This document shows, one piece after another, positions 51,701 through 64,000 of a stretch of 64,000 nt of DNA. Position numbers and translations under genes: made by a program. Source of the stretch: an uncultured bacterium (lineage in GTDB: Bacteria; Omnitrophota; Omnitrophia; Omnitrophales; Aquincolibacteriaceae). Each line of letters begins with the position of its first letter. Positions within the stretch are counted from its first letter, which is position 1. The notes under the pieces were generated by a model. That model did not search any database and had not been told where the DNA came from. It was given only the letters and a program-made list of their open reading frames with translations. The DNA lies in assembly GCA_964410905.1 (NCBI GenBank), contig CAYPIR010000004.1, forward strand, positions 9,878 to 73,877, given 5' to 3'.

Positions 51701-52537
51701 ATCATCTTCAGAAACAAGAACCATGGAAAAGGATGAAACGCCAGCAGCCACAAACTGCTCAAGAATATCTTGCGTCAACTGCGTAGCGGCAGAAGCTAAA
51801 AGCTCTTTGCTTTCCGGATGGAAAACATCTTCCGCTAAGAACTTATCTTCGCAGTTTTTTATTTTCGATTGATTAAACGCGCTAATTTTTTCTATAGGAT
51901 AAAGTTGCTCACAAATTTCATAAGCGGAAGAATATCCTAACGCGCGAAGAAGTGTTGTCGCTAAAATTTTACGGCGGCGGTCAATGTAAGCATAAAGAAC
52001 ATCGTTAGGATCCGCTTCAAATTCAAGCCACGCGCCGCGGTAAGGAATAATTTTAACGCTATAAATTTTCTTACCGCTTGTGTGTATGCTTTCCTCACAA
52101 GAAATTCCGGGAGAACGATGCAATTGACTGACAATTACCCTCTCTGCCCCGTTAATAATAAATGTCCCGGTTTCCGTCATAAGCGGAAGCTCTCCGATAT
52201 AAACTTCCTGCTCTTTGGCGAGACCTTTTCTGACAAGGCGCAGTTTCACTTTAAGAGGCGCAGCATATGTCATACCTCTTTTTTGACATTCCGGAATAGA
52301 ATACTTGGGTTTCCCAAGAGAATATCCTTGATATTCAAGACGGCAGGTTCCGTCGAAGCTTTCAATAGGGAAGCAATCAGAAAACGCAGCATGTAAACCG
52401 CGACTTTTGCGGCGGCGGTCAGTACATCCCTCTTGCAAAAACTCATCATACGAATTCTTTTGAATCTCCACTAAATTGGGAATTTCTTTCGCATCCTGAA
52501 TTTTTGTATAGCTTTTTCTATTGATCAAAGATTTCAT
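48743..52537 (-). CDS. rpoB: DNA-directed RNA polymerase subunit beta
   Basis: 1264 aa; canonical beta-subunit conserved regions; ATGA overlap with rpoC. Confidence 0.95.
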   Translation of the reverse strand: MKSLINRKSYTKIQDAKEIPNLVEIQKNSYDEFLQEGCTDRRRKSRGLHAAFSDCFPIESFDGTCRLEYQGYSLGKPKYSIPECQKRGMTYAAPLKVKLRLVRKGLAKEQEVYIGELPLMTETGTFIINGAERVIVSQLHRSPGISCEESIHTSGKKIYSVKIIPYRGAWLEFEADPNDVLYAYIDRRRKILATTLLRALGYSSAYEICEQLYPIEKISAFNQSKIKNCEDKFLAEDVFHPESKELLASAATQLTQDILEQFVAAGVSSFSMVLVSEDDKALVTTLAKDPYRDTREAQIAIYRKVRPGDPPTEASSKDLIHKLFFDPQRYDLGRVGRYMLNKKLGKGTTGSDISSTTLKPGDVVDVIGRLLKLRAGEVKIDDIDHLGNRRVRSVGELLQNQFHVGLSRMKRSCVERMSIYDLEAAMPHNLINPKLISAVIKDFFGRSQLSQFMDQTNPLAELTHKRRLSALGPGGLSRERAGFEVRDVHSSHYGRVCPIETPEGPNIGLIASLSTFARVNERGFLESPYRKVVKGRVTEQIDYLTADEEDKYVVAQANAELDKNGRFVSEAISCRFRGDFPTKRPEEIDYMDVSPRQLVSVAAALIPFLEHDDANRALMGSNMQRQAVPLLNPEAPIVGTGMEKHVAKDSGAVVIAKSRGTVKAVSAEEILIDDFSYKLRKFKRSNAGTCINQRPLVEVGDKVKRGDVIADGAATHGGDLALGRNVVVAFMPWRGYNFEDAIIVSEKLCKEDVYTSLHIEEFDIEARDTKLGNEEITRDIPNVSEETLKNLDEEGVIRIGAEVKPGDILVGKITPKSEIELSPEEKLLRAIFGEKAGDVRDASLTVPPGVEGVVVDVKSFARKESAAKTKEEKKQENKEITEIKERYNDRIDLLKKERLNKVADLVVGKKLSEDLLDDKLGEILIKSGHVISKNDLKKLEDCDWDSLRLDDDPDVEESIKKIARVWGDEIDELVAERTREMDRVKKGDELPPGVIKKVVVYVCSKRKISVGDKMAGRHGNKGVVAKVLPEEDMPFLEDGTPVEIILNPLGVPSRLNVGQILETHLGWAARKLGFDVETPVFSGATEKEIRKVMEEAKISPDGKTHLYDGRTGERFQEKTTVGHIYMLKLHHLADDKIHARSIGPYSLVTQQPLGGKAQFGGQRFGEMEVWALEAYGAAFTLQELLTVKSDDVVGRTRVYEAIVKGEPALHAGTPESFNVLVKELQALGLDIDPERSGSAKAAFGNNNEKSAEDKQKEARETFKV

Positions 52538-52593
52538 TAGGAATTGTCCTCCTTAAGGACAGCGTTAAATATTATTTTTACGCTTGCCAGATG

Positions 52594-53004
52594 TTACTTG
52601 ATCTCAACCTTAGCACCTTGTGCTTCCAAAACAGTTTTGATTTTGGCAGCATCATCTTTACTAACGTCTTCCTTAATAGTCTTCGGCGCGCCGTCAACAA
52701 GATCTTTCGCTTCTTTCAAACCAAGATTTGTAATCGTGCGAATTTCTTTAATAACATTAATTTTTTTATCGCCTGCGCTGGCGAGAACAACCGTAAAACT
52801 GGTTTTTTCTTCTGTCGCCGCAGCTCCTGCTGCCACACCGCCTGCCGCCGCAACCGCTACTGGGGCTGCCGCTGCCGCGCTAACGCCAAATTTATCTTCG
52901 AGTGCTTTCACTAGATCTGCTAGTTCCAACACGGTCAAAGTCTCAATCGAGGTAAGAATCGATTGCAATTTATCGGATATTTTTACTTCTGCTGCTTCTG
53001 TCAT
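52594..53004 (-). CDS. rplL: 50S ribosomal protein L7/L12
   Basis: 136 aa; Ala-rich hinge and CTD. Confidence 0.9.
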   Translation of the reverse strand: MTEAAEVKISDKLQSILTSIETLTVLELADLVKALEDKFGVSAAAAAPVAVAAAGGVAAGAAATEEKTSFTVVLASAGDKKINVIKEIRTITNLGLKEAKDLVDGAPKTIKEDVSKDDAAKIKTVLEAQGAKVEIK

Positions 53005-53066
53005 GGCTACTGCCTCCTTAATTGAATTTCCTTTATCAGGACATTCCTCGTTAATCTAAAGACTAC

Positions 53067-53597
53067 CTAAGCCGCGCTTGCGGCTTCTTTTTTCTTGCGA
53101 AGTTCAGACAACACAACTACAAAATTACGGCTAACCGCGCTAAGGACATTCGCAAATCCTTGTAGGGGGGAATTGACGCGTAAAACAAGTTGCGTTAAAA
53201 GTTCTTTTTTGGAAGGAAGACTCGCGAGCTGCTTAATAAAAGCATCACCATAAACTTGCCCTTCAAAAACAACTCCCGCAGGTTTCCATTTCTCATTAGT
53301 TTTAGCGAAATCTACCAATTTCTTTGATATCTCTTGCGGATCTTTGTCGCCAAAAGTAATAATAACGGAACCATTTAAATACTGTTCAGCACCGGCGACA
53401 TTGAGTTGTTTAAAAATTTTTCGCGCTATTGCGTGCTTTACCATCAATGAACGATTAGAAACTTTTTCAAGTCCGCGTCGGATATCAGAAATATCTAAAA
53501 CAGAAATGCCATCCAAATTAGAAATAAACGCGTATGGACTCTTCTCAAGCTCTTTTACGATTTCGTTATATATCAATTCTTTTTCAAATGAAGGCAT
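53067..53597 (-). CDS. rplJ: 50S ribosomal protein L10
   Basis: 176 aa canonical L10. Confidence 0.9.
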   Translation of the reverse strand: MPSFEKELIYNEIVKELEKSPYAFISNLDGISVLDISDIRRGLEKVSNRSLMVKHAIARKIFKQLNVAGAEQYLNGSVIITFGDKDPQEISKKLVDFAKTNEKWKPAGVVFEGQVYGDAFIKQLASLPSKKELLTQLVLRVNSPLQGFANVLSAVSRNFVVVLSELRKKKEAASAA

Positions 53598-53600
53598 AAC

Positions 53601-54287
53601 TTACAACGCTCCTGTATTAAGCCTAAGACCCGGCCCATGAGTAGAAGCAATATGAATAGTCTTTAAATATTCACCTTTACTCGTCGCGGGCTTAAAATCC
53701 TTAACCGCTTTAATGACGGCTCGCGCATTTTCCAAAAGGCTCTCTTCAGAAAAAGATAACTTTCCGCAAACCGCGTGAAGACCTGCCGTTTTATCGCTTT
53801 TGAATTCAATTCGTCCCGCCTTAACTTCTTTTACAGCGCGGCCAACCTGCGGAGTTACTGTCCCGGTTTTAGGCGTAGGCATCAAGCCTTTGGGTCCTAA
53901 AACACGCCCCAGCTTACTAACTTCTCTCATCATGTCTGGGTGAGCGACAACAATATCAAAATCCAAGAAACCATTTTTCACTTTCTCAACTAGGTCCTCA
54001 CCGCCAACAATATCCGCTCCTTCGGTTTCGGCCTCACGCGCGCTTTCGCCCTTCGCAAAACAAATAACTCTAACGGATTTTCCGCTTCCGTGCGGCAACG
54101 CCACCGTTCCACGAACATTTTCATCGCCTTGTTCAGCGCGAATCCCTAGCTGAAAATTGATAGAAACCGTTTCGTCCGCTTTGCCCAACTCAACTTGTTT
54201 TAAAATCTTAACAGCTTCCGGCAAAGAATAAATTTTCCCTTCTTCAACCAAAGCCGACCTTTTTTGATATCGTTTACTGCGTTTCAT
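53601..54287 (-). CDS. rplA: 50S ribosomal protein L1
   Basis: 228 aa canonical L1. Confidence 0.9.
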   Translation of the reverse strand: MKRSKRYQKRSALVEEGKIYSLPEAVKILKQVELGKADETVSINFQLGIRAEQGDENVRGTVALPHGSGKSVRVICFAKGESAREAETEGADIVGGEDLVEKVKNGFLDFDIVVAHPDMMREVSKLGRVLGPKGLMPTPKTGTVTPQVGRAVKEVKAGRIEFKSDKTAGLHAVCGKLSFSEESLLENARAVIKAVKDFKPATSKGEYLKTIHIASTHGPGLRLNTGAL

Positions 54288-54300
54288 AAGTTTCCCATCT

Positions 54301-54732
54301 TTACTTAGATTTAATTACTTCAATTCCCATACTACGCGCCACCCCCTCAACAATACGGGCGGCACTTTCAATCTTTGTTGTATTCAAATCCACCATTTTC
54401 GCGCGAGCAATTTCGAGAACCTGTTCTCTGGTAAGTTTTCCAATAATAGATTTGCCCGGCTCAGAGGAAGCCTTCGCCAATCCGACCACTTTTTTGATTT
54501 GGGCTGCAACCGGCGGGGTCTTTAAAATAAAAGAAAAGGATTTGTCTTTATAAACAGTCAAAACAACCGGAAGAATTGTTCCCGGTCGATCTTTTGTTCT
54601 TTCATTGAACTGCTTACAAAATTCCATAATATTAACGCCATGTTGGCCAAGCGCGGGACCAATAGGCGGGGCTGGATTTGCTTGTCCTCCAGCAATTTGC
54701 AACTTAATCTTTACTTTAATTTCTTTTGCCAT
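54301..54732 (-). CDS. rplK: 50S ribosomal protein L11
   Basis: 143 aa; [29 protein letters not shown] canonical L11. Confidence 0.9.
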   Translation of the reverse strand: MAKEIKVKIKLQIAGGQANPAPPIGPALGQHGVNIMEFCKQFNERTKDRPGTILPVVLTVYKDKSFSFILKTPPVAAQIKKVVGLAKASSEPGKSIIGKLTREQVLEIARAKMVDLNTTKIESAARIVEGVARSMGIEVIKSK

Positions 54733-54735
54733 TTT

Positions 54736-55269
54736 CTATATCTTTTCTACTTGCCAATATTCAAGTTCTACAGGTGTTGAACGACCAAAAATCGTAACCA
54801 TGACACGAAGTTTTCCGCGTTCAGGGTTAATTTGCTCAATCGTTCCGTTAAAATTAGCGAACGAACCTTCCTTAACACGAACGCTCTCGCCTTCTTCAAA
54901 TTCAACCTTCGGTTTTGGCTTAGTTTGCTTCTCCTCTTGCTCACGAATAATTTCACTGACCTCTTTTTCAGTAAGCGGTAGCGGTTTTTTACCAGAGCCA
55001 ATAAAACCAGAAATTCCCGGCGTATTGCGAACAACATACCAACTATCATCGTTCAATTCCATTTTGACCAAAATATAACCGGGAAAAAACTTTCGTTCGC
55101 TGACGCGTTTTTTTCCCGCCTTAACTTCGCTAACCTTTTCGGTCGGAATTAAAACTTCATGTATTAAATGCGAAAGGCCAGCATTTTCAGCATGATTAAT
55201 CAGACTCGCTCTAGCTTTTGCTTCAATGCCTGTCTGAGTGTGAACAACATACCATTTTGAATCGGCCAT
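54736..55269 (-). CDS. nusG: Transcription termination/antitermination factor NusG
   Basis: 177 aa; NGN domain (WYVVHTQTG) and C-terminal KOW motif. Confidence 0.9.
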   Translation of the reverse strand: MADSKWYVVHTQTGIEAKARASLINHAENAGLSHLIHEVLIPTEKVSEVKAGKKRVSERKFFPGYILVKMELNDDSWYVVRNTPGISGFIGSGKKPLPLTEKEVSEIIREQEEKQTKPKPKVEFEEGESVRVKEGSFANFNGTIEQINPERGKLRVMVTIFGRSTPVELEYWQVEKI

Positions 55270-55271
55270 AA

Positions 55272-55454
55272 TTAATCAATCAAAAGTTTAAGAACACTTG
55301 AAATGCAAAAATCAACCGCAGCAATAAAAGCGGAAGCGATAAATGTAACCACAATCACTACAAGAGTCGCCTGCCAAACCTCATTCCACGTTGGCCATGT
55401 CACCTTTTTTAGTTCTTGATACGTTTCTTGAAAAAAATTGGATACTTTTTGCAT
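55272..55454 (-). CDS. secE: Preprotein translocase subunit SecE
   Basis: 60 aa; single TM; ...ELKKVTWPTWNEV... motif; position between nusG and tRNA-Trp. Confidence 0.8.
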   Translation of the reverse strand: MQKVSNFFQETYQELKKVTWPTWNEVWQATLVVIVVTFIASAFIAAVDFCISSVLKLLID

Positions 55455-55499
55455 TTAATCTTCCTGTTTATTTTTCACTGCCCGCCCAACTAACAACTC

Positions 55500-55572
55500 A
55501 GGCCTGGCAGGACTCGAACCTGCAACATGCGGTTTTGGAGACCGCCGCTCTACCAATTGGAGCTACAGGCCT
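55500..55572 (-). tRNA. tRNA-Trp (anticodon CCA)
   Basis: Minus-strand sequence AGGCCTGTAGCTCCAATTGGTAGAGCGGCGGTCTCCAAAACCGCATGTTGCAGGTTCGAGTCCTGCCAGGCCTG folds as a cloverleaf; anticodon loop cTCCAaa; T-loop GGTTCGAGTCC. End coordinates are approximate. Confidence 0.8.
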
Positions 55573-55600
55573 ATATCTCGTCCGAGCTCCGAAAATTTTT

Positions 55601-55750
55601 TTATTTTTTTTCGCGAAAAAGAACGCGCTTCCGACACGCCGGGCAATATTTATTCCGCTCAATCTTGTCCGGGTTTGTTTTTTTGTTCTTCCTAGTCCAA
55701 TACGACGTTTTATGCTCACAGGAAGAAACTAATGAAATTATTTCACGCAT
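55601..55750 (-). CDS. rpmG: 50S ribosomal protein L33 (zinc-binding type)
   Basis: Absent from the ORF track (49 aa): MREIISLVSSCEHKTSYWTRKNKKTNPDKIERNKYCPACRKRVLFREKK; matches the L33 pattern (...YxT.KNKK..P.K.E..KYCP.C.K...H.E.K). Confidence 0.8.
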   Translation of the reverse strand: MREIISLVSSCEHKTSYWTRKNKKTNPDKIERNKYCPACRKRVLFREKK

Positions 55751-55886
55751 CGAAATAAAACCTTTGTTTATGTTTTAACTAAATTTCGTTTACAACCATA
55801 AAAATAACTACAAGATCTCTTATGGCGAAAATAAACACCTTGTAGTATTGGGATTCGCCTAATACAAAATCTATATGCAGATGATG

Positions 55887-57086
<1,200 letters not shown>

Positions 57087-57121
57087 TGTTATTCTCCCTT
57101 TATGGTTGTTTTGACATCCTA

Positions 57122-57194
57122 AGCTGGAGATGGGGATTGAACCCATGACCTCATCCTTACCAAGGATGTGCTCTACCAACTGAGCTACTCCAGC
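57122..57194 (-). tRNA. tRNA-Thr (anticodon GGU)
   Basis: Minus-strand GCTGGAGTAGCTCAGTTGGTAGAGCACATCCTTGGTAAGGATGAGGTCATGGGTTCAATCCCCATCTCCAGCT; anticodon loop cTTGGTaa; T-loop GGTTCAATCC. End coordinates are approximate. Confidence 0.8.
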
Positions 57195-57515
57195 ACTTAC
57201 AGTGCTTTCGCTCGCTCTCTACAAAAAAGTTTTACAAAAAAATAATGAAGACTTTCTTTCAGAAGAAAATAAAACGCAGATAAATCACGAGGCACTATGC
57301 GTAGACAGTTCTCCCTACAGAAGAAAGAGAGCGGTATTGTAATAAAAAATTTTTCTGTGTCAAATATTTTTTTTATTTTTTTATTTTTTTCATTTCAACT
57401 CAAGTGACACAAATTCCATTCAGCATCTTTCTCATTAAAAATATTTTCATCTCACAATTCTGGCGCAACTCTTGCTTAAGCCCTGTCGGGAGATAAATCT
57501 TCTTCGTTCAACGCT

Positions 57516-57544
57516 TTGACAATCATACAAGTTTGCGTGATAAT
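57516..57544 (+). promoter_or_regulatory. Sigma70-like promoter TTGACA-17-GATAAT upstream of the atp operon
   Basis: TTGACA 57516-57521, 17-nt spacer, GATAAT 57539-57544; preceded by an AT-rich T-tract region (57340-57400). Confidence 0.4.
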
Positions 57545-57597
57545 GAGCAAATTTTACGGCGATTTTCACAGCATTTATTGAGAAAACCTCCCTAACT

Positions 57598-57843
57598 TTG
57601 GAAAACAACCCTAAAGATACACAACAAATTTTTGTTATGTTCGCTTTAGCGACTTCTTTGCCGATGACGCTTTTAAGCGGACCTCTTGTTGGTTATCTTT
57701 TAAGCCGTTGGCTAATTGACCAATTTACATGGAATCAATCAACAACTTTAATTTTTGTATTAATAGGCCTGCTTGGTTCTGTAATACAAACAATAAAATT
57801 ATTAAAACTTCTTCTTATGCATAGCAAGCGAAAAGAAAAATGA
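57598..57843 (+). CDS. Small membrane protein, AtpZ/AtpI-like (ATP synthase operon first gene)
   Basis: 81 aa; two hydrophobic helices; the stop overlaps the atpB start (ATGA). Confidence 0.5.
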   Translation: MENNPKDTQQIFVMFALATSLPMTLLSGPLVGYLLSRWLIDQFTWNQSTTLIFVLIGLLGSVIQTIKLLKLLLMHSKRKEK

Positions 57844-58670
57844 ATGCGACTTTAGAACACACAGCCGAAGCGGCAACTAAACATGCGGCGGAAGAATTGC
57901 CGAATTTTATTACGTTGCTGGAGCACATTTTCCCCAAATCGGACTTTGTCCATTTTCTTGTTCAGCGAGAAAATGTTTTCTTCTCATTTTTAGTTTTAGG
58001 GCTTATCGCGATAACGGCGCTCATCGCGGCAAATAAAAAAAGTTTTCTTCCAAAAGGCATTCAAAACCTTTGGGAAATTATAGTTGAAGGAATTGAAAAT
58101 TTTGTTACAAGTATTCTTGGGCATAAAGGGCTTGAACATGTCCCATTTCTCGGAACCATTTTCTTATATATATTGTTTCAAAATTGGCTTGGAATTATTC
58201 CTTTATTTAAATCTCCAACGAGCGCTTGGAGCACAACTATCGCTCTTTCTCTCGTTACTATGGTATACATCCAGCTCACCGGCATAAAAGAGCACGGGCT
58301 TGGCGGATATCTAAAGCATTTATCGGGAAACCCTGCCGGCTTGCTCGGGCTTTTGCTAGTCCCTTTGATGCTTGTAATTAATTTAAGCATTGAGTTTCTT
58401 GCAGTTCCGCTAAGTCTTTCCCTTCGTCTTTTTGCGAATGTGTCGAGCGAAGATAAGCTTTTATTCAAATTCGCCGAGCTCAATGTGATGTATAAATTTT
58501 TACCTTTTTTCTTTCAATTATTCGCAAATGTTCTAGTCGTTATTTTTAGTTTTGTTCAGGCGTTTGTGTTTTTGCTTTTATCAACCGTTTACATCTCGCT
58601 GATCTTGCCGCATGATCACGAAGAGATTTCAGAAGCGGCAACAGAAAACAATCTCGGTTCAACTCATTAA
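57840..58670 (+). CDS. atpB: F0F1 ATP synthase subunit a
   Basis: 276 aa; conserved Arg in LSLRLFANV helix; 5-6 TM helices. Confidence 0.85.
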   Translation: MNATLEHTAEAATKHAAEELPNFITLLEHIFPKSDFVHFLVQRENVFFSFLVLGLIAITALIAANKKSFLPKGIQNLWEIIVEGIENFVTSILGHKGLEHVPFLGTIFLYILFQNWLGIIPLFKSPTSAWSTTIALSLVTMVYIQLTGIKEHGLGGYLKHLSGNPAGLLGLLLVPLMLVINLSIEFLAVPLSLSLRLFANVSSEDKLLFKFAELNVMYKFLPFFFQLFANVLVVIFSFVQAFVFLLLSTVYISLILPHDHEEISEAATENNLGSTH

Positions 58671-58690
58671 CAAAAAAGGAGCATTCAATT

Positions 58691-58921
58691 ATGGACTCAC
58701 ACGTAGCCTTAGGTTTTGCACTTCCACTTGGCCTCGCAATTACAGCGGTTGGTTCGGCGCTCGCTCTTGGGAAAGCCGTCGCTTCCGCGCTTGACGCCAC
58801 CGGCCGCCAGCCAGAAGCCGCGCAAAAAATTCTTGTAAACATGATGGCGGGCTGCGCGCTAATCGAAGCTCTTACTCTTTATGTTTTGATTTTCGGATTC
58901 GTTTTGATGGGCAAAATCTAA
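58691..58921 (+). CDS. atpE: F0F1 ATP synthase subunit c
   Basis: 76 aa; hairpin with GxGxGxG packing motif and conserved carboxylate (ALIEALTLY). Confidence 0.9.
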   Translation: MDSHVALGFALPLGLAITAVGSALALGKAVASALDATGRQPEAAQKILVNMMAGCALIEALTLYVLIFGFVLMGKI

Positions 58922-58934
58922 GAAAGTATTTTCT

Positions 58935-59435
58935 ATGGATTTCTTTCAAGAAAACATTCATTTAGGTGAAGTCGGAGTCCAGCTTCTTGCTTTTTTAATC
59001 GTATTTTTTACGCTTAAAAAATTCGCGTGGAAACCTTTGCTCGATATTATTCGGTCAAGAAAAGAACGCCTCGCGAGCGAGTGGCAGGATATCGAAAAGA
59101 ACAAAACAAGCGTCGCCGAACTTCAAGCTGATTATCAAAAACGTCTGCAAAAAATCGAGGACGAGGCGCGGGTAAAAATGCAGGAAGCGATTCAAGAAGG
59201 CCGCTCACTTGCTCGCGAAATTCAAGAAAAAGCCCGCAAGGAATCTCAAGACTCTTTTGAAAAAGCGAAAGCAAACATAAATCTTGAGATAGAAAAAGCG
59301 CGCGTAACTCTCCGCCAAGAAATAGCGGCTCTTTCTTTGCGGGTAACCGAAAAAATTCTGCAAGAGCAGCTCGACCAAACCTCGCAAGAAAAAAAGGCGC
59401 TTGAGCTTTTGTCTGAATTGGAGAAAAAGTTATGA
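58935..59435 (+). CDS. atpF: F0F1 ATP synthase subunit b
   Basis: 166 aa; single N-terminal TM plus long charged coiled-coil. Confidence 0.8.
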   Translation: MDFFQENIHLGEVGVQLLAFLIVFFTLKKFAWKPLLDIIRSRKERLASEWQDIEKNKTSVAELQADYQKRLQKIEDEARVKMQEAIQEGRSLAREIQEKARKESQDSFEKAKANINLEIEKARVTLRQEIAALSLRVTEKILQEQLDQTSQEKKALELLSELEKKL

Positions 59436-59995
59436 AGGATTCTGTCGCCGCCGAACGTTACGCCCGCGCAATATTCGCGGTAGCAAAAGAAAAAAATTCT
59501 TTAGAACCGGTGGAAAATTCGTTCGCTTCTTTTGTCGCCCGCTTAAAATCCGAACCCAAAATATCGGCCGTTATGAATAATCCCGCGATTTCCGCGAAAG
59601 AGAAAATAACTTTTTCAAAAGCGGTATTGGGCTCCACAGCGCCGTCTATTCTATTAGATTTTTTCAGCGTCATTATCGAAAAAAAAAGATTCGCTCTTTT
59701 GCCTGAAATTCAAGAAACGTTTCACATGTCTTTTGAAAAATATTCGGGCATACAAGAAGTTAAAGTGCTTTCAGCGGTATCTCTTTCGCCTTCTTTTTTA
59801 AATCGCCTTCAAGAAACTTTGGCGAAAAAACTTAAAACAAAAATCCGTCTGCTGACATCCGTTCAAAAGGATTTACTCGGCGGCTTTGTTGTCCGTTTCG
59901 CGGGAAAAGAAATAGATTGCAGTTTTAAAAACCGTCTTGATGAAATAAAACAAAAACTCTTTGATGATATTGAGGAAGGAATCTCTCATGCTTAA
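59432..59995 (+). CDS. atpH: F0F1 ATP synthase subunit delta (OSCP)
   Basis: 187 aa; [15 protein letters not shown]-terminus typical of OSCP/delta. Confidence 0.8.
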   Translation: MKDSVAAERYARAIFAVAKEKNSLEPVENSFASFVARLKSEPKISAVMNNPAISAKEKITFSKAVLGSTAPSILLDFFSVIIEKKRFALLPEIQETFHMSFEKYSGIQEVKVLSAVSLSPSFLNRLQETLAKKLKTKIRLLTSVQKDLLGGFVVRFAGKEIDCSFKNRLDEIKQKLFDDIEEGISHA

Positions 59996-61490
59996 ACCCG
60001 AAGAAGTTACACAGGCCTTAGAAAAAGAAATTCAAAAATACGAAACCAAACTTGAAATGAAATCCGTTGGCTACGTGTTGCAAGTGGGCGATGGCATCGC
60101 GCGAGTCTACGGGCTTGACGATGTAATGTCGGGTGAAATTGTTATGTTCAAAAATGGCGAAGCGGGGCTTGTCTTGAACCTTGAGCCGCATCATGTCGGC
60201 GTGGTCATTTTGGGCGATGATAGCGATATTAAAGAAGGCGACTCCGTAAAACGAACGGGAAAAATCGCGCAAGTCCCTGTTGGAGACGCGTTAAAAGGCC
60301 GAGTTATAAATCCTCTTGGTGAACCTATTGACGGCAAGGGACCCATCGTTACGAAAAAAACTCGTCCGATTGAGTCTTTGCCTCCCTCTGTCATTCAAAG
60401 ACAGCCTGTTAAAGAACCTCTTCAGACGGGCATTAAAGCCATTGACGCAATGATTCCTATTGGACGCGGGCAGCGCGAGCTTATTATTGGCGACCGCCAA
60501 ACAGGCAAAACCTCTATTCTTATTGACACTATTTTAAATCAAAAAACAACGGGTGTTCATTGCATATATGTCGCTATTGGACAAAAACTTTCAAGCGTTG
60601 TGGCGCTAGCTGAGACTTTAGAAAAACACGGGGCGATGGAATATACGACTATAGTCTCAGCGTCAAGCGATGATCCCGCTCCCCTTCAATATCTCGCGCC
60701 ATACGCGGGCGCGGCGATCGGCGAAGATTCTCTTTTTAATGGAAAACACGCTCTAGTTGTTTATGACGACTTATCAAAACACGCCGTCGCGTATCGCCAA
60801 CTTTCCCTTCTTTTGCAACGCCCTCCGGGGCGCGAAGCATATCCGGGAGATGTTTTTTATCTTCATTCTCGTCTTTTAGAACGCGCGGCAAAACTTCGCG
60901 AAGATTTAGGAGGCGGCTCACTCACCGCACTTCCTGTCATTGAAACGCAGTTGGGCGATATCTCAGCCTATATTCCGACAAATGTTATTTCAATTACGGA
61001 CGGACAAATTTATCTCGAAAGTGATCTGTTTTACGCGGGTGTGCGCCCGGCAATTAACGTTGGACTTTCTGTATCCCGAGTAGGCGGAAACGCTCAAACA
61101 AAAGCCATCAAACAAGTTGCTGGTATGTTGCGGCTTGCGCTCGCGCAATATCGCGAACTTCAAGCCTTCGCGCAGCTTTCAACAGATTTGGACGCGTCCA
61201 CCAAAGCCCAGCTTACGCGCGGCGAGAGAATGGTTGAAATTTTGAAACAAAAAGACTTGCAGCCTCTCCCGATAGAAAAGCAAGTAGTCAGTATTTTTGC
61301 GGGCAACGAAGGCTTACTTGATGATTTGCCGATTGGCGATGTCGGAAGATTTGAGTTGTTATTGTGGGATTTTATAGAAAAAAATAACGCTGAGATTTTC
61401 TTAGAAATAGCGAAAAAACAAACTATCTCTGACGAGTTGAAAGAAAAACTTAAAAACGTTATCACTAAATTTAAACAGGATTTCAAATAA
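59988..61490 (+). CDS. atpA: F0F1 ATP synthase subunit alpha
   Basis: Walker [10 protein letters not shown]. The start is taken at the ATG at 59988, which overlaps the atpH stop; the ORF-track start at 59961 lies inside atpH. Confidence 0.9.
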   Translation: MLKPEEVTQALEKEIQKYETKLEMKSVGYVLQVGDGIARVYGLDDVMSGEIVMFKNGEAGLVLNLEPHHVGVVILGDDSDIKEGDSVKRTGKIAQVPVGDALKGRVINPLGEPIDGKGPIVTKKTRPIESLPPSVIQRQPVKEPLQTGIKAIDAMIPIGRGQRELIIGDRQTGKTSILIDTILNQKTTGVHCIYVAIGQKLSSVVALAETLEKHGAMEYTTIVSASSDDPAPLQYLAPYAGAAIGEDSLFNGKHALVVYDDLSKHAVAYRQLSLLLQRPPGREAYPGDVFYLHSRLLERAAKLREDLGGGSLTALPVIETQLGDISAYIPTNVISITDGQIYLESDLFYAGVRPAINVGLSVSRVGGNAQTKAIKQVAGMLRLALAQYRELQAFAQLSTDLDASTKAQLTRGERMVEILKQKDLQPLPIEKQVVSIFAGNEGLLDDLPIGDVGRFELLLWDFIEKNNAEIFLEIAKKQTISDELKEKLKNVITKFKQDFK

Positions 61491-61492
61491 CA

Positions 61493-62365
61493 ATGTCCGG
61501 GCAACTTCGCGCGCTAAAAACCAGAATTCGAGGAATTGAGAACACTCAAAAGATTACTCGTGCCATGGAAATGGTTGCGGCGTCAAAATTAAAGCGTTTC
61601 CAAAATCTTTACGAGCAAACTATTCCATATGTCCAAACTCTGGAAAATGTTTTAGGCAGACTTTTAAAATCAGAAACTAAACTGCCGCATCCTCTAACTG
61701 AAAAAAGAGAGCAAAAAACCATCGCCGTTCTTGTCATCACATCGGACACGGGACTTTGTGGATCTTATAATCAAGGGCTTATCAGCGCAGCGGAAAAATT
61801 TATAGTCGGACAAAAGTCAAAAAATCCGCTGCTTCTTTCTGTAGGAAAAAACGGCACATCCGCGTTTTCTCGCATCGGGCTAAAATCGCATAAAACTTGG
61901 GTGGACACAAAGACATCGCGATTAGAGGCCGTCATTGAAGAAGTTACAGAAATTGTCCAACAACTTTTTTTATCAAACAAAGTCGATTCTGTTTACGCTG
62001 TCTACAGTCATTTTGCAAGCCGCTCTTCGTTCAATCCGACAACGGAGCAGATTCTTCCTTTTGAATTAAAAGCCGACTTAAAACTAAAAGAAACTCATTC
62101 GGGCGACACATACATTATGGAGCCGAGTCCAGAGTCGCTTTTTTCGCGCCTTGTGCCTCTTGTGTTTGGCGCGAAGCTGCGTTCTATATTCATGGAATCT
62201 TTCATATCGGAACAAATGGCGAGAATGAACGCTATGTCGCAAGCGGCAAAAAATGCTTTTGATTTAATCAATATTCTCGTGCTGCTTCGCAACAAAATGC
62301 GGCAAGCGGCAATTACAAACGAATTAATTGAAATTGTTTCCGGCTCTCGCGCTTTAAAAAGTTAA
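61493..62365 (+). CDS. atpG: F0F1 ATP synthase subunit gamma
   Basis: 290 aa canonical gamma (MSGQLRALKTRIRGIENTQKITRAMEMVAASKLKR). Confidence 0.9.
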   Translation: MSGQLRALKTRIRGIENTQKITRAMEMVAASKLKRFQNLYEQTIPYVQTLENVLGRLLKSETKLPHPLTEKREQKTIAVLVITSDTGLCGSYNQGLISAAEKFIVGQKSKNPLLLSVGKNGTSAFSRIGLKSHKTWVDTKTSRLEAVIEEVTEIVQQLFLSNKVDSVYAVYSHFASRSSFNPTTEQILPFELKADLKLKETHSGDTYIMEPSPESLFSRLVPLVFGAKLRSIFMESFISEQMARMNAMSQAAKNAFDLINILVLLRNKMRQAAITNELIEIVSGSRALKS

Positions 62366-63799
<1,434 letters not shown>

Positions 63800-63814
63800 A
63801 AAGAAAGATATTTT

Positions 63815-64000
63815 ATGACAGCAGAATATTCACTAAAAATTATTACACCTCAAGGAATCGCCTATGAAGGTTCAGTCTCTCATACGCTTGTTCCAGCCGA
63901 AACGGGTTTTGTGGGAGTTCTTGCCCATCACGCTCCTTATCTCGTTTCATCAGCGGGCGGAACAATTGTAATAAGAGAAAAAAGCGGAAGCGAAAAACGC
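63815..64000 (+). CDS. atpC: F0F1 ATP synthase subunit epsilon (N-terminal part; continues beyond window)
   Basis: MTAEYSLKIITPQGIAYEGSVSHTLVPAETGFVGVLAHHAPYLV... beta-sandwich N-domain of epsilon. Confidence 0.8.
   Translation, partial: MTAEYSLKIITPQGIAYEGSVSHTLVPAETGFVGVLAHHAPYLVSSAGGTIVIREKSGSEKR

Noticed and set aside
44697-52537. Numerous plus-strand ORFs of 60-260 aa inside rpoB/rpoC (e.g. 46749-47537, 48863-49402, 52544-53059) and inside other large genes (8215-8589, 10403-10894, 22184-22585, 22761-23197)
   Set aside because: They lie antisense to, or in an alternative frame of, highly conserved genes. They have low-complexity or odd composition and no start context, so they are spurious.
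55498-55719. 73-aa ORF (MSIKRRIGLGRTKKQ...)
   Set aside because: It reads directly through the tRNA-Trp gene and has no homology signal. The real gene here is rpmG (L33) in a different frame.
57087-57179. N-terminal 31-codon extension of the tuf ORF ([31 protein letters not shown])
   Set aside because: The extension overlaps tRNA-Thr. The canonical EF-Tu N-terminus MAKETF... begins at 57086, with the correct length of 399 aa.
59961-59987. Upstream extension of atpA (MMILRKESL...) and similar extensions of hss (18360-18392), rpsE (33611-33661), rpsH (34985-35011) and rpmC (36907-36924)
   Set aside because: These extensions overlap the 3' ends of the preceding genes. Internal Met codons reproduce the canonical protein N-termini, and one of them (hss) is supported by an RBS. 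They are ORF-caller artefacts.

Overview
This 64-kb window looks like a chromosomal segment from a diderm (LPS-making) bacterium with moderate to low GC. Two large blocks of core genes flank one accessory-looking stretch.

(1) 1-7.6 kb, all on the minus strand: a lipid A/Kdo cluster (partial lpxL-like acyltransferase, lpxK, waaA), then a XerC/D-type tyrosine recombinase, topA, an RDD-family membrane protein and dprA.

(2) 7.6-26.3 kb, mixed strands, the accessory-like region.
- A 1731-aa ORF with a Sec signal peptide. It appears to combine a TraB/GumN-like N-terminal region with an internal module that closely resembles the cytoplasmic regulator MraZ (both DxxxR half-domains), followed by about 1000 aa I cannot assign. 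This is the most unusual object in the window.
- An SRPBCC protein, xthA and an ACT-domain protein.
- A HigB/HigA-type toxin-antitoxin pair. The toxin is disrupted by an in-frame TAG and a -1 frameshift in an A7 run; the antitoxin is intact.
- A 60-bp tandem repeat (about 2.2 copies) made of the perfect palindrome GCATCGATGC, plus a hairpin, in the roughly 400-nt leader of an APC amino-acid permease.
- Homospermidine synthase with a clean sigma70-like promoter.
- A small lipoprotein, a small XRE gene with an in-frame TAA, an Fe-dependent alcohol dehydrogenase, a SulP/STAS anion transporter, an orphan hypothetical, an XRE-cupin regulator and an aspartate-family aminotransferase.

(3) 26.3-57.2 kb, one uninterrupted minus-strand array of about 55 genes: tRNA-Thr, tuf, rpmG, tRNA-Trp, secE, nusG, rplKAJL, rpoB, rpoC, rpsL, rpsG, fusA, the S10-spc-alpha ribosomal clusters (with secY, adk, map, infA, rpmJ), rpoA and rplQ, closed by a hairpin-plus-T-run terminator. 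rpmG is missed by the ORF track, and several ORF-track N-termini read through tRNAs or neighbouring genes and are trimmed here. Several ribosomal proteins (L17, S3, L3, S5, L22) carry K/A/E-rich terminal extensions.

(4) 57.5-64 kb, plus strand: an F-type ATP synthase operon (atpI/Z-like, atpB, E, F, H, A, G, D and partial atpC) behind a TTGACA-17-GATAAT promoter.

I found no CRISPR array, no rRNA and no transposase.
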